From an uncultured delta proteobacterium (GTDB taxonomy: Bacteria; Desulfobacterota; Binatia; HRBIN30; BPIQ01), in the NCBI GenBank assembly GCA_963761335.1, contig CAVXGR010000021.1, positions 32,001-96,000 on the forward strand: 64,000 nucleotides of DNA, written 5' to 3'. This document shows positions 25,356 to 35,046 of this stretch, in pieces; position 1 is the first letter of the stretch, and each line of letters opens with the position of its first letter. The translations under genes were made by a program, and so were the position numbers. The notes beneath the pieces were generated by a model, which was not told the origin of the DNA, searched no databases, and saw nothing but the letters and a program-made list of their open reading frames with translations.

Positions 25356-26390
25356 ATGGCGGTTTACACCATCCTTTCTAAGAAAGAGATCGCGGCGATC
25401 GCAGAGGAGTACGGACTGCCCAAGGTCACGGCAGTCCGCGGCGTACCCGAGGGCTCCGTCAACACGCACTACCTCATCGAGACGACCAAGGGGAAATTTC
25501 TCTTGCGGATCGACGAGGTGAAGAGCGAGCTCGAGGTCAAGCGCGAGATCGACCTGCTGCTCTTCCTGCGCAAGCACGGCTTTCCGTGCCCGGCGCCGCT
25601 CGCCGATCGCAAGGGCCGTCATTCGCGCGAGTTCGACGGCCGCTCGATGTCCATGTACCGCTACATCGATGGCCGCGTTCTCGAGCCCACCGAGCTGAGC
25701 ATCGGCCAGCTGGAGAACCTCGGCCGCGTCATGGCCGACCTCCACGTGATTGGCAAGAATTACAAAAAGGGGATCGACAATCGCTTCAGCTTCGAGAGGG
25801 TCGGCGACATCTATCGCGACGTACGCGGTCGCCTGCCGCATTACTTCAAGAAGATCATCCGCACTCTCGACGAGGAGTTCGAGTACCTGGGTCACTATCT
25901 CGAGGGGAAGCTGCCGAAGGGCGTGATCCACGGCGACCTCTTCCACGACAACGTCATGTTCAAGGGAGAGAAGGTGGTCGCCGTCCTCGACTTCGAGGCG
26001 GCGTGCCGCGGCAAGTTCATCTTCGATCTGGCCACGGCGGTGAACTCGCTCTGCTTCGATGATCGGCGTTACGTCCTGCGCAAGTTCGAGGCGCTGATCG
26101 CCGGATACGAGTCGGTGCGCACCCTGTCGCTGGCGGAGTGGGATGCCTTCCCGAACGAGCTGCGCTTCTCGGCATTTCGCTTCACGATCACGCGACTGCA
26201 CGACTTCTTTCTCAACCCCATCGATGAGCGCGAGCGACTCAACAAGGACTTCCAGGACTTCTACGAGCGGCTGTTGATCCTGCGACGCGAGCGCGACGGC
26301 GGCATGGAGCCGATGCTGATGTCCATGGCGACCGGCTACGACTACCGCAAGTACCAGAAGATCAAGGCCGTCGAGAAGCGCGGTCACTGA
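25356..26390 (+). CDS. thrB: Homoserine kinase type II (APH/phosphotransferase fold)
   Basis: MAVYT, G-S-V-N-T-H-Y, GVIHGDLFHDNVMF, LDFEAAC. Confidence 0.85.
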   Translation: MAVYTILSKKEIAAIAEEYGLPKVTAVRGVPEGSVNTHYLIETTKGKFLLRIDEVKSELEVKREIDLLLFLRKHGFPCPAPLADRKGRHSREFDGRSMSMYRYIDGRVLEPTELSIGQLENLGRVMADLHVIGKNYKKGIDNRFSFERVGDIYRDVRGRLPHYFKKIIRTLDEEFEYLGHYLEGKLPKGVIHGDLFHDNVMFKGEKVVAVLDFEAACRGKFIFDLATAVNSLCFDDRRYVLRKFEALIAGYESVRTLSLAEWDAFPNELRFSAFRFTITRLHDFFLNPIDERERLNKDFQDFYERLLILRRERDGGMEPMLMSMATGYDYRKYQKIKAVEKRGH

Positions 26391-26447
26391 GCCAGCGGCG
26401 CCCCACTTGCGACGATGGCGGAATCCCGCCATCATTGCCGTCGCTCT

Positions 26448-27014
26448 ATGGAAGAACACCCCATCCAAGAATCCGTCCGCACGATTCTGCGCGAGGTCGG
26501 CGAGGATCCGGAGCGAGAGGGGCTTCTGAAGACCCCGGCGCGAGTCGAGCGCGCCTTCGAGTACCTCACCAAGGGCTACAGCGCCGACCCCAAGGCGGTG
26601 ATCAACGACGCGCTCTTCGTCGAGGATTACTCGGAGATGATCGTTCTGCGCGATCTCGACTTCTTCTCGATGTGCGAGCACCATCTGCTGCCGTTCTACG
26701 GCAAGGCGCACGTCGCCTACATTCCCAAGCACCACATCGTCGGCATCAGCAAGCTGGCGCGCCTGGTCGAGGTCTATGCCCGGCGGCTGCAGGTACAGGA
26801 GCGTCTGACCACGCAGATCGCCAATATCCTCATGGATGAGCTCGATCCGATGGGCGTCGGCGTGGTTCTCAAGGCGGAGCACCTCTGCATGCGCATGCGC
26901 GGTGTCGAGAAGCAGAACTCGGTGGTGGTCACCAGCGCCATGCTGGGGGTTTTCCGCACGCATCAGGAGACACGACAGGAGCTGATGACGCTGATCCACA
27001 ACGGTCAGCGATAG
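26448..27014 (+). CDS. folE: GTP cyclohydrolase I
   Basis: [41 protein letters not shown]. Confidence 0.97.
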   Translation: MEEHPIQESVRTILREVGEDPEREGLLKTPARVERAFEYLTKGYSADPKAVINDALFVEDYSEMIVLRDLDFFSMCEHHLLPFYGKAHVAYIPKHHIVGISKLARLVEVYARRLQVQERLTTQIANILMDELDPMGVGVVLKAEHLCMRMRGVEKQNSVVVTSAMLGVFRTHQETRQELMTLIHNGQR

Positions 27015-27063
27015 CAGCTGGAGAGGCTTCCACCTTCATGGAGACGGTGCTGCGCCATCGGCG

Positions 27064-27092
27064 TTGACACCGCATTTCAGATTGGCTAAGCG
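27064..27092 (+). promoter_or_regulatory. Putative sigma70 promoter upstream of the ZTP riboswitch
   Basis: TTGACA-N17-TAAGCG just before the aptamer. Confidence 0.55.
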
Positions 27093-27108
27093 AGTCGTCT
27101 TCGGAATC

Positions 27109-27182
27109 GAGTTGCACGACTGGCGCGACGTGGAATTGACCACGGGGGAGTGCGAGCCGTCGGTGGGCCGAACGCCTGGGCC
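27109..27182 (+). ncRNA. ZMP/ZTP (pfl) riboswitch aptamer
   Basis: P1 TTGCAC/GTGCGA, GACTGGCG, P2 GTGG-AATTGA-CCAC, linker, then GCCGAACGCCTGGGC; loop CGCC can pair with GGCG (pseudoknot). Confidence 0.92.
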
Positions 27183-27212
27183 TCTGAAGCGGTGAGGTTC
27201 AGGCTTTTTTTT
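27174..27212 (+). terminator. Intrinsic terminator forming the riboswitch expression platform
   Basis: GCCTGGGCCTC pairs with GAGGTTCAGGC, followed by T8; the 5' arm overlaps the aptamer P3. Confidence 0.85.
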
Positions 27213-27229
27213 GTCCGCGAGGAGATGCG

Positions 27230-28387
27230 GTGATCAAGAACTATTTGCTGGCCCCGGGTCCCACTCCCGTTCCACCACGCGTGCTGCAGGCGATGGCGCT
27301 GCCGCTGATCCACCATCGCACGCCGCAGTTCAGCAAGATCTTCGCCGAGGCGGCGCAGGCGCTCAAACGGCTGTTCCGCACGTCGCAGGACGTCCTCATC
27401 CTCTCGTCCTCGGGCACCGGGGCGATGGAGGCGGCGATCACCAATACGCTGTCGCCGGGAGAACGCGCCCTGGTGATCAACGGCGGCAAGTTCGGCGAGC
27501 GCTGGGGAAAGATCTGCAAGACGTACGGCGTCGAGGTCGTCGAGATCAAGGTCCCCTGGGGCAAGCCCGTCGAGGCCCGCGAAGTGCGCCAGCAGCTCGA
27601 GCGGCACGGCGACATCCGCGCCGTTCTCGTCCAGGGCAGCGAGACCTCGACCACGGCGCTCCATCCGATCGCCGAGCTGGCGAAGCTGACACGCGAACGC
27701 GACACGCTGCTGGTCGTCGACGGCATCACCGCCGTCGGCGTGCTCGACATGCCGATGGACGAGTGGGGCATCGACATTCTGCTCACCGGCTCGCAGAAGG
27801 CGCTGATGCTGCCCCCCGGCCTGGCGTTCGTGGGGCTCAGCCAGCGGGCCTGGCAGCGGACCGAGAGCAGCAGGCTGCCGCGCTTCTATTTCGACCTGCG
27901 CCGCGAGCGCGACAACCTCGGCAAGAACACCTCGGCGTGGACGCCGGCGATCTCGCTGATCATCGGCTTGCGCGAGGCGCTGGCGATGATCGAGGAGGAA
28001 GGTCTGGAGCAGGTGTACGCTCGCCACGACCGCAACGCCCGCGCCACCCGCGCCGCCGCCACGGCCCTCGGCCTCGGGCTGCTGGCGCCCGAGGCCCCCA
28101 GTCCGGCAGTGACCGGCATCTACGTGCCCGACGACGTCGACGGCGGCAAGCTGGTGTCCTACCTGCGCGACCGCATGGGGGTCACCTTCGCCGGCGGCCA
28201 GGATGACCTCAAGGGCAAGATCGTGCGCATGGCGCACCTCGGCTACATGGGCGAGTTCGACGTCATCACCGGGGTGGCCGCCCTGGAGATGGCTCTGCAC
28301 CATTTCGGTCACCGCCTCGACCTCGGTCGCGGCGTCGGCGCCGCGCAGCAGGTTCTGCTCGAGGCGCTGCCGAGTCGGGCGTCATGA
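27230..28387 (+). CDS. Class V PLP aminotransferase (serine-pyruvate/alanine-glyoxylate family; probable phosphoserine aminotransferase role)
   Basis: PGPTPVP, HHRT, SGTGAME, ETST, GSQKALMLPPG; overlaps the serA start. Confidence 0.9.
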   Translation: MIKNYLLAPGPTPVPPRVLQAMALPLIHHRTPQFSKIFAEAAQALKRLFRTSQDVLILSSSGTGAMEAAITNTLSPGERALVINGGKFGERWGKICKTYGVEVVEIKVPWGKPVEAREVRQQLERHGDIRAVLVQGSETSTTALHPIAELAKLTRERDTLLVVDGITAVGVLDMPMDEWGIDILLTGSQKALMLPPGLAFVGLSQRAWQRTESSRLPRFYFDLRRERDNLGKNTSAWTPAISLIIGLREALAMIEEEGLEQVYARHDRNARATRAAATALGLGLLAPEAPSPAVTGIYVPDDVDGGKLVSYLRDRMGVTFAGGQDDLKGKIVRMAHLGYMGEFDVITGVAALEMALHHFGHRLDLGRGVGAAQQVLLEALPSRAS

Positions 28388-29976
28388 GCTATCGCGTTCT
28401 CGTCAGCGACAAGCTGTCGCCGCAGGGCCTCGAGATTCTACAGGCCGCGGAGGGAATCGAGCTCGATCAGGTCCCCGGGCTGTCGCCGGCGCAGCTCGCC
28501 GCCAGGATCGGACCGTACCACGGCCTCATCATCCGCAGCGGCTCGAAGGTCACTGCCGAGGTGGTCGCCGCCGCCGATAACCTCAAGGTGATCGGCCGCG
28601 CCGGGATCGGGGTCGACAACGTCGACGTGCCGGCGGCCACCAAGCGCGGCATCGTGGTGATGAACACCCCCGGCGGCAACAACGTCACCACGGCCGAGCA
28701 CGCCATCAGCATGCTGCTCGCGCTGGCCCGCTCGATTCCGCAGGCAACGGCCTCGATGAAGGCCGGCAAATGGGAGAAGAACCGCTTCATCGGCACCGAG
28801 GTGTGCAACAAGACGCTCGGCATCATCGGCATCGGCAACATCGGCAGCCTGGTGGCCGAGCGCGCCGCCGGTCTCAAGATGCGCGTCATTGCCTTCGACC
28901 CGTACATCTCCGCGGAAGCGGCGACGCGGCTCGGCGTGGAGGTCTGTGCGCTGGACGAGCTGCTCGAGCGGGCCGACTTCATCTCGATTCACGTGCCGCT
29001 GTTGCCCGAGACCCGTAACCTCATCTCCGATGCCGCCTTCGGGCGCATGAAGAAGGGTGCGCGGCTGATCAACTGCGCGCGCGGCGGCATCGTCGACGAG
29101 GCCGCCCTGCAGCGGGCTCTGGAGAGCGGTCGCATTGCCGGAGCGGCGCTCGACGTCTTCGCCGAAGAGCCACCGCCCCCGACGCACCCGCTGTTCAATC
29201 TCGATCGGCTGATCTGCACGCCGCATCTCGGCGCCGCCACCGACGAGGCGCAGGTCAACGTCGCCGTCGCCGTGGCCGAGCAAGTGGTCGATTTCCTGCT
29301 GCACGACACCATCGTCAACGCCGTGAACGTGCCCTCGATCAGCGCCGAGCTGCTGGAGGTGCTCACCCCTTACATCCAGCTGGGTGAGAAGCTCGGCAGC
29401 CTGCAGGCGCAGCTGCTGAGCGAGGCAGCGCTCGAGGTCGGCGTCGAATGCGCCGGCGACGCCACGCTGTACGACGTCAAGCCGATCACCGTTGCCGTCC
29501 TGCGCGGCTTGCTCAGCCGCGCCGTCGAGTCGGGGATGGTCAACTACGTCAATGCCCCGGCCATCGCCCGGGAGCGCGGCATTACCGTGCGCGAGACCCG
29601 CAGCAGCCAGCCCAAGGGCTATCAGTCGCTGATCACCGTGCGCGTGCGGACGGCGAGCGGCGCCAGCGAGGTTGCGGGAGCGGTCTTCGGCCGGCACGTG
29701 ACCCGGCTGGTGAAGATCCACGACTTCTATCTGGACGCCGTTCCGGAAGGGCACATCCTGGTGCTGCACAACCGCGACGTCCCCGGGGTGGTCGGCAGCG
29801 TCGGCACGTTGCTGGCCAAGGAGAACATCAACATCGCCCGGCTCGAGCTCGGGCGGGAGCACGTCGGCGGTATGGCCATCTCGCTTGTCCACGTCGACAA
29901 TGTCGTCCCGGAGTCGGTTCTGCAGAAGCTCCGCCAGGCTCCGAACATCGTCTCGGCACAGCTCATCGAGCTGTAG
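28384..29976 (+). CDS. serA: D-3-phosphoglycerate dehydrogenase (long form with ACT domain)
   Basis: GRAGIGVDNVD, GIGNIG, NCARGG, TPHLGA, C-terminal NRDVPGVVG ACT domain. Confidence 0.96.
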   Translation: MSYRVLVSDKLSPQGLEILQAAEGIELDQVPGLSPAQLAARIGPYHGLIIRSGSKVTAEVVAAADNLKVIGRAGIGVDNVDVPAATKRGIVVMNTPGGNNVTTAEHAISMLLALARSIPQATASMKAGKWEKNRFIGTEVCNKTLGIIGIGNIGSLVAERAAGLKMRVIAFDPYISAEAATRLGVEVCALDELLERADFISIHVPLLPETRNLISDAAFGRMKKGARLINCARGGIVDEAALQRALESGRIAGAALDVFAEEPPPPTHPLFNLDRLICTPHLGAATDEAQVNVAVAVAEQVVDFLLHDTIVNAVNVPSISAELLEVLTPYIQLGEKLGSLQAQLLSEAALEVGVECAGDATLYDVKPITVAVLRGLLSRAVESGMVNYVNAPAIARERGITVRETRSSQPKGYQSLITVRVRTASGASEVAGAVFGRHVTRLVKIHDFYLDAVPEGHILVLHNRDVPGVVGSVGTLLAKENINIARLELGREHVGGMAISLVHVDNVVPESVLQKLRQAPNIVSAQLIEL

Positions 29977-30001
29977 TGGCGCCGGGAAGAGGGGGAGACG
30001 C

Positions 30002-31300
30002 ATGCCAGCGGCTGTCGTAGTCGGAGCGCAGTGGGGAGACGAAGGGAAGGGGAAGATCGTCGACATCCTCTCCGAGCACGCCGATGTCGTCGTGCGCTTC
30101 CAGGGCGGCAACAACGCCGGTCACACCCTGGTGGTGGGAGAGCACAAGATCATCCTCCACCTGGTGCCCTCGGGAGTGCTGCACGAGGGCACCGCGTGCG
30201 TCATCGGCAACGGCGTGGTCGTCGATCCGCAGAGCCTGCTCGAGGAGATCGACGGGTTGCAGCGGCTCGGATATCTCCGCGATCTGTCGGTGCTCAAGAT
30301 CAGCGACCGCGCCCATGTGATCATGCCGTACCATCGCGCCATCGACCAGTCGCGTGAGCGCCTCCGCGGCGAAGGATTGTTGGGCACCACCGGGCGCGGC
30401 ATCGGACCGACGTACGAGGACAAGATGGCGCGCGTCGGCATTCGCTTCGCCGATCTGCTCGACGAGGATCTCTTCGCCGAGCGGCTACGCGTCACCGTCG
30501 AGGAGAAGAACGCCTATCTCCGCCATGTCCTCGGCGATCAGCCGCTCGACTACGCCTCCGTGTACGACAGCTACTGCACCTATCGCGAACGCCTGCGACC
30601 GCACGTCGTCGACACCTCTCTCTACCTCGACCGCGTGCTGAGCCAGGGCCAGCGGGTACTCTTCGAGGGCGGGCAGGGAACCATGCTCGACGTCGACCAC
30701 GGCACCTACCCGTACGTGACCTCGTCGAACACCGTGGCGGCGGCGGCCTGCACCGGCGGCGGCATCGCGCCGAGCCGCATCACCAGCGTCGTCGGCATCG
30801 CCAAGGCGTACACCACGCGCGTCGGCAGCGGGCCATTCCCGACCGAGCTCGATGACGCCCTCGGACGCAAGCTGCGGCAGGACGGCGACGAGTTCGGCGC
30901 CACCACCGGGCGCCCGCGGCGCTGCGGCTGGTTCGACGCCGTGGTCGTGCGACAGGCGGCGCGCCTGAACGGCATGACCGCCGTCGCCCTCACCAAGCTC
31001 GACGTGCTCACCGGGATCGAGCCGCTGCGCATCTGCGTCGGCTACGACCACGGTGGCACTCGCCTCGACGAGGTTCCGGCGGCGGCGCGGGTTCTGCGCG
31101 AGCTGAGGCCGATCTACGAGGAGCACCCCGGCTGGCGCGAGCCGATCGACGGCGCTCGAACCCTCGACGATCTGCCGACCAACGCGCGCCGCTACATCAA
31201 TCGCCTGGAGGAGCTGACCGGCGCCCGCATGCTGGTGGTCTCCGTCGGCGCCCGCCGCGAAGAGACGATTCTGCTCGGCAACCCATTCTCGCCGCTCTAG
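30002..31300 (+). CDS. purA: Adenylosuccinate synthetase
   Basis: GAQWGDEGKGK, GGNNAGHT, GTYPYVTSS, GATTGRPRRCGW. Confidence 0.98.
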   Translation: MPAAVVVGAQWGDEGKGKIVDILSEHADVVVRFQGGNNAGHTLVVGEHKIILHLVPSGVLHEGTACVIGNGVVVDPQSLLEEIDGLQRLGYLRDLSVLKISDRAHVIMPYHRAIDQSRERLRGEGLLGTTGRGIGPTYEDKMARVGIRFADLLDEDLFAERLRVTVEEKNAYLRHVLGDQPLDYASVYDSYCTYRERLRPHVVDTSLYLDRVLSQGQRVLFEGGQGTMLDVDHGTYPYVTSSNTVAAAACTGGGIAPSRITSVVGIAKAYTTRVGSGPFPTELDDALGRKLRQDGDEFGATTGRPRRCGWFDAVVVRQAARLNGMTAVALTKLDVLTGIEPLRICVGYDHGGTRLDEVPAAARVLRELRPIYEEHPGWREPIDGARTLDDLPTNARRYINRLEELTGARMLVVSVGARREETILLGNPFSPL

Positions 31301-31341
31301 GGTTTCGGAGTAGACCGGCCCGGAAGATTGGAGGGAGACGG

Positions 31342-32595
31342 TTGGCCCGCGCGGCGCAGAGACCCATTCCGCAGGAAGAGCGCTTCACCGAGAAGGAGTT
31401 CTACCTCGAAGAGTTTCGCGGGCACTCGCTTCTCATCGCCGTGCGCGGCGGCGACCTCCTGCGGGTTCCCGCCACCGAGGCCCTGGCCCGGGTGATCCGC
31501 CCGCTGATCGGCAACGACACGCGGCTCCTCCTCCTGGTGTCCGCCGGCGAGGCGGCCGAGGCGACCCGCCTGGTGCGCTCTCTGCAGCGGCGACTCGGCC
31601 CCACTCTCTTCCGGGAGGAAACCCTGGCGCTGTTTCCGGCCCTGCGCAGTCGCCAGGCGCGCGCCAACGCCTTCGCCGTGGTCGAGCCCGAGCCGGAAGA
31701 GCCGGGCCTGGCGACGCTCACCAAGATCTGGAACGTGATACGCGGCGCTCCCGTGCTGGTGGCCGCCGTGCCGTTTCCGCACCCGCGGCTGGCCGGCTAT
31801 GCGCAGCACCTCGCCGGACGACTGCGGGTGCACAAGCTGGTGCTGGTGGAGCCCGAGGGTGGCGTCTGCGATGGCGCCGGACGGCAGATCTCCTTCATGG
31901 ACGTCGCCATGCTGGAGGCGCTGCTGGCCGCCGGCGAGGCCGAGTCCACCGGAGTCGCGCATCGGCGCGCCACGCTGGAGGCGGTGAAGGGCGCCTTGCG
32001 CGCTGGCGTCGCCGCGGTGAACCTGTGCTCGCTCGGCGGTCTCGAGCGGGAGCTGTTCACCTACGAGGGCTCGGGTACTCTCTTCACCCTGGAGGACTAT
32101 TGCCGGGTCGCGCCCCTCGGCATCGACGACTTCGAGGAGGTCGAACGGCTCATCGAGCGCGGCCAGCGCGAAGGCTTTCTCAAGACGCGCAGTGTCGAGG
32201 AGATCGCCCAGATCGTCCTCTGTGGCTACGGCGCCACCATCGGCAGTCATCACCTTGCCGGAATCTGCGCCCTGCACACCGAGCCGTATCGCCGCGAGCG
32301 CGCCGGCGAGGTCGTGTCGCTGTACACCATCACCCGGTTCAAGGGAGAGTTCGTCGGCCGCAAGCTGCTGGCCAGCGTCGAGGCGGAAGCCCGGCAGCGG
32401 CAGCTCGCCTACCTCTTCGCGGTCACCACCGAGGTGCGGGCCCAGAGCTTCTTCCAGCGCTGTGGATTTGCCCACGTCTCTCCCGCCGACGTGCCGGCGG
32501 CGAAGTGGGCCCACTACGACAGCGGTCGCATGCAGCAGGTCGCCGTCTATCGGATGGATCTGGTGCCCGCCCCGGCGCGGAGGCTCCGTCCGTGA
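31342..32595 (+). CDS. ArgA-like N-acetylglutamate synthase (degenerate kinase domain + GNAT)
   Basis: ELFTYEGSGTLF junction motif, C-terminal GNAT ending in AQSFFQRCGF; TTG start. Confidence 0.72.
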   Translation: MARAAQRPIPQEERFTEKEFYLEEFRGHSLLIAVRGGDLLRVPATEALARVIRPLIGNDTRLLLLVSAGEAAEATRLVRSLQRRLGPTLFREETLALFPALRSRQARANAFAVVEPEPEEPGLATLTKIWNVIRGAPVLVAAVPFPHPRLAGYAQHLAGRLRVHKLVLVEPEGGVCDGAGRQISFMDVAMLEALLAAGEAESTGVAHRRATLEAVKGALRAGVAAVNLCSLGGLERELFTYEGSGTLFTLEDYCRVAPLGIDDFEEVERLIERGQREGFLKTRSVEEIAQIVLCGYGATIGSHHLAGICALHTEPYRRERAGEVVSLYTITRFKGEFVGRKLLASVEAEARQRQLAYLFAVTTEVRAQSFFQRCGFAHVSPADVPAAKWAHYDSGRMQQVAVYRMDLVPAPARRLRP

Positions 32596-33437
32596 TCGTC
32601 GGCATCGACATCGGCGGCTCGACCACCGATGCCGTCCTGCTGGACGAGCAGATTCAGGTGGTCAGCGTCGAGGCCAACGACCCGGTCGCCTCCGCCTCCG
32701 GCGCTCTGGGCTCGCTGCTCGCCCGCTACGGGCGCCGTCTCGGCGACATCACCGCGATTGCTGTCACCGGCGGCGGCGCGCGCCATGTGGGCGAGGATCT
32801 CCTGGGAGTGCCGGTCACCGCTGTCCCCGAGATCACCGCCATCGGCGTCGGCGGCACCTCGCTCGCCGAGATGGCCGACGCGCTGGTGGTCTCCATGGGC
32901 ACGGGCACCGCTCTGGTCTCGGTGAAGGGGGAGCACATCGCCCACGTCGGCGGCACCGGCGTCGGCGGCGGGACTCTCCTGGGACTCTCCAAGCACCTCT
33001 TGAACGTCTCGCGGCTGGAAACGCTCGAGAACCTCGCCCGCCGCGGCGATCTGTCGCATGTCGATCTCACCATCGAGGACATCGCCGGCGGACCGGTGGG
33101 CAATCTGCCCGCTGGCGCGACCGCCAGCAACTTCGGCAAGCTCACCGCGGATGCCAGCCCGGAGGACAAGGCCCGCGCCCTGGTGAACATGATCGCCGAG
33201 GTGATCGTCGTGGTCAGCGTCATGGCGGCGCGCGCCAACGATCACGCCGCCGTGGTCCTCACCGGTAAGCTGGTGCGCGTCGCCCCGGTGATCGAGCGCA
33301 TCCAGTCGACACGCGCCCTCTTCGAGCGCGGCTTCGTCATCCCGCGCCTCGCCGAGTTCGCCACCGCCATCGGCGCGGCGAGAAGTCTGGAGAGGGCGAC
33401 GGGACGGACGCCTCCGCCCCTCAGCCCTCGGGCGTGA
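32592..33437 (+). CDS. coaW: Type II pantothenate kinase (CoaW/Fumble family)
   Basis: GIDIGGS, TGGGA, SMGTGT, GGTGVGGGTLLGL, DLTIEDI, ASNFGK. Confidence 0.85.
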   Translation: MIVGIDIGGSTTDAVLLDEQIQVVSVEANDPVASASGALGSLLARYGRRLGDITAIAVTGGGARHVGEDLLGVPVTAVPEITAIGVGGTSLAEMADALVVSMGTGTALVSVKGEHIAHVGGTGVGGGTLLGLSKHLLNVSRLETLENLARRGDLSHVDLTIEDIAGGPVGNLPAGATASNFGKLTADASPEDKARALVNMIAEVIVVVSVMAARANDHAAVVLTGKLVRVAPVIERIQSTRALFERGFVIPRLAEFATAIGAARSLERATGRTPPPLSPRA

Positions 33438-34194
33438 CGTAGGCGCTGCAGGTGCCGCCGTCGACCAGGAAGGTCGTGCCGTTCACGTAGGAGGATTCGT
33501 CGGAGGCGAGAAACAGGGCGGCGTCGGCGATCTCCTCGGCTTCGGCGAGGCGCCCCATCGGCAGGTGGACCAGACGCCGGGCGCGCGCCGCCGGGTCGGC
33601 GAGCAGGGACTGCAGCAGCGGTGTATTCACCGGACCGGGACAGAGGGCGTTGGCGCGAATGCCCTGGCGGGCGAACTCGACGGCGATCTCGCGGGTGAGC
33701 GCCAGCACCGCTCCTTTGGACGCCGTGTAGGCGCTCTGCGAGGTCGCGGCGCCGATCACCGCGACGAACGAGGCGGTGTTGATGATCGACCCGCCGCCGG
33801 CGCGCAGCAGTGCCGGGATGCCGTGCTTGCACCCGAGAAAGACGCCCTTCAGATTCACCGCGACGACGCGGTCGAAGACCTCCTCCGCGGTGCTCACCAC
33901 CGAGCCATCCTCGTCGGGAAAGATCCCGGCGTTGTTGAAGAGCACGTGCAGAGCCCCGAACTGCTTCTCGGCGAACTCGATCATCCCCGCGACCTCGGCG
34001 CCCCGGGTCACGTCGGCGCGGTAGAAGGCGGCGGCGCTGCCCAGGGCCTCGGCGGTCTGGCGACCGGACTTCTCGTCGGCATCGACGACGACGACGCGGG
34101 CGCCGGCGTCGGCAAACTTGCGCGCTGCGGCGCGGCCGATACCGCCGCCGGCGCCGGTGATCAGGGCGACTTTGTTGGCCAGACGTTGGGACAT
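33421..34194 (-). CDS. Short-chain dehydrogenase/reductase
   Basis: TGAGGGIG, NNAGI, YTASK, ALCPG. Confidence 0.93.
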   Translation of the reverse strand: MSQRLANKVALITGAGGGIGRAAARKFADAGARVVVVDADEKSGRQTAEALGSAAAFYRADVTRGAEVAGMIEFAEKQFGALHVLFNNAGIFPDEDGSVVSTAEEVFDRVVAVNLKGVFLGCKHGIPALLRAGGGSIINTASFVAVIGAATSQSAYTASKGAVLALTREIAVEFARQGIRANALCPGPVNTPLLQSLLADPAARARRLVHLPMGRLAEAEEIADAALFLASDESSYVNGTTFLVDGGTCSAYVTPEG

Positions 34195-34217
34195 GGAGGC
34201 TCTCCTTTCGAAGCAAA

Positions 34218-34267
34218 GTAGAAGCGCCGTCCCGGCGCTTTCCGAAGCGGCGAGGCGCCGCTTCTAC
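34218..34267. repeat. 50-bp GTAG...CTAC REP doublet
   Basis: GTAGAAGCGCCGTCCCGGCGCTTTCCGAAGCGGCGAGGCGCCGCTTCTAC; 48/50 identical to 39379-39428. Confidence 0.85.
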
Positions 34268-34285
34268 GCGAACCCGACCGGCACC

Positions 34286-35002
34286 TCATCGCGAGCCGCG
34301 CTGTCGCGCCGCCTCGACCAGCGCCGCGAACAAGTGGCTCGACGTCTCCTCGCCGAGCTGCATCTCGGGATGCCATTGCACCCCGAAGCACCACGGGTGG
34401 CGGCGATGCTCGACCGCCTCGATGACTCCGTCGGCGGCCCACGCCACCGGCTCGAGGTCGCGGCCGACGCGATCGATCGCCTGGTGATGCCACGAGCAGG
34501 TCTCGATCGCCGTGGCGCCGAGGATGCGCGCCAGCCGGCTCTGCGGCTGCAGCGACACCGGATGTGTGGTCGGCCGCCGGGGCGGAAGCCGGTGAACGAC
34601 CTGATCGCCGAAACGGTCGGGGATGTGCACGTGCAGGGAGCCGCCGCAGGCGACATTCAGCACCTGGGCGCCCCGGCAGATGCAGAGCAGGGGCATATCC
34701 GCTCGGGCCAGAGCTGCCCTTGCCAGCGCGAACTCGAAGGCGTCGCGTTCCTCGGACACCAGGTAGACGGTCTCGTGCGGCACGCCGCCGTAGGCCTCCG
34801 GAGAGACGTCGCCGCCGCCGGCGAGGATGACGGCGTCGACCACCTCCAGCAGGCGCTCGGGTGCGACCTCGCCGGGCGGCAGCACCAGGGGAATGCCGCC
34901 GGCGGCGCGCACCGCGTCCACGTAGCTGCAGGGCAGGGCGAACTGCGCCGGCTGCCCGTCGCGCGCATAGGAGGAGACGCCGACAAAGACGGGAGCGGAC
35001 AT
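34286..35002 (-). CDS. Gamma-glutamyl-amide hydrolase (peptidase C26, PuuD-like)
   Basis: GGGDV, RDAFE, ICRGAQVLNVACGG, HHQAI, GVQWHPE. Confidence 0.9.
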   Translation of the reverse strand: MSAPVFVGVSSYARDGQPAQFALPCSYVDAVRAAGGIPLVLPPGEVAPERLLEVVDAVILAGGGDVSPEAYGGVPHETVYLVSEERDAFEFALARAALARADMPLLCICRGAQVLNVACGGSLHVHIPDRFGDQVVHRLPPRRPTTHPVSLQPQSRLARILGATAIETCSWHHQAIDRVGRDLEPVAWAADGVIEAVEHRRHPWCFGVQWHPEMQLGEETSSHLFAALVEAARQRGSR

Positions 35003-35046
35003 GCAGCGACTCGATGAACGGATGCTTCGAGGACGGCCTTCTGCTC

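Noticed and set aside
27014..27230. 6S RNA or tRNA in the folE-aminotransferase spacer
   Set aside because: Fully explained by a promoter, a ZTP aptamer and a terminator; no cloverleaf or long 6S rod
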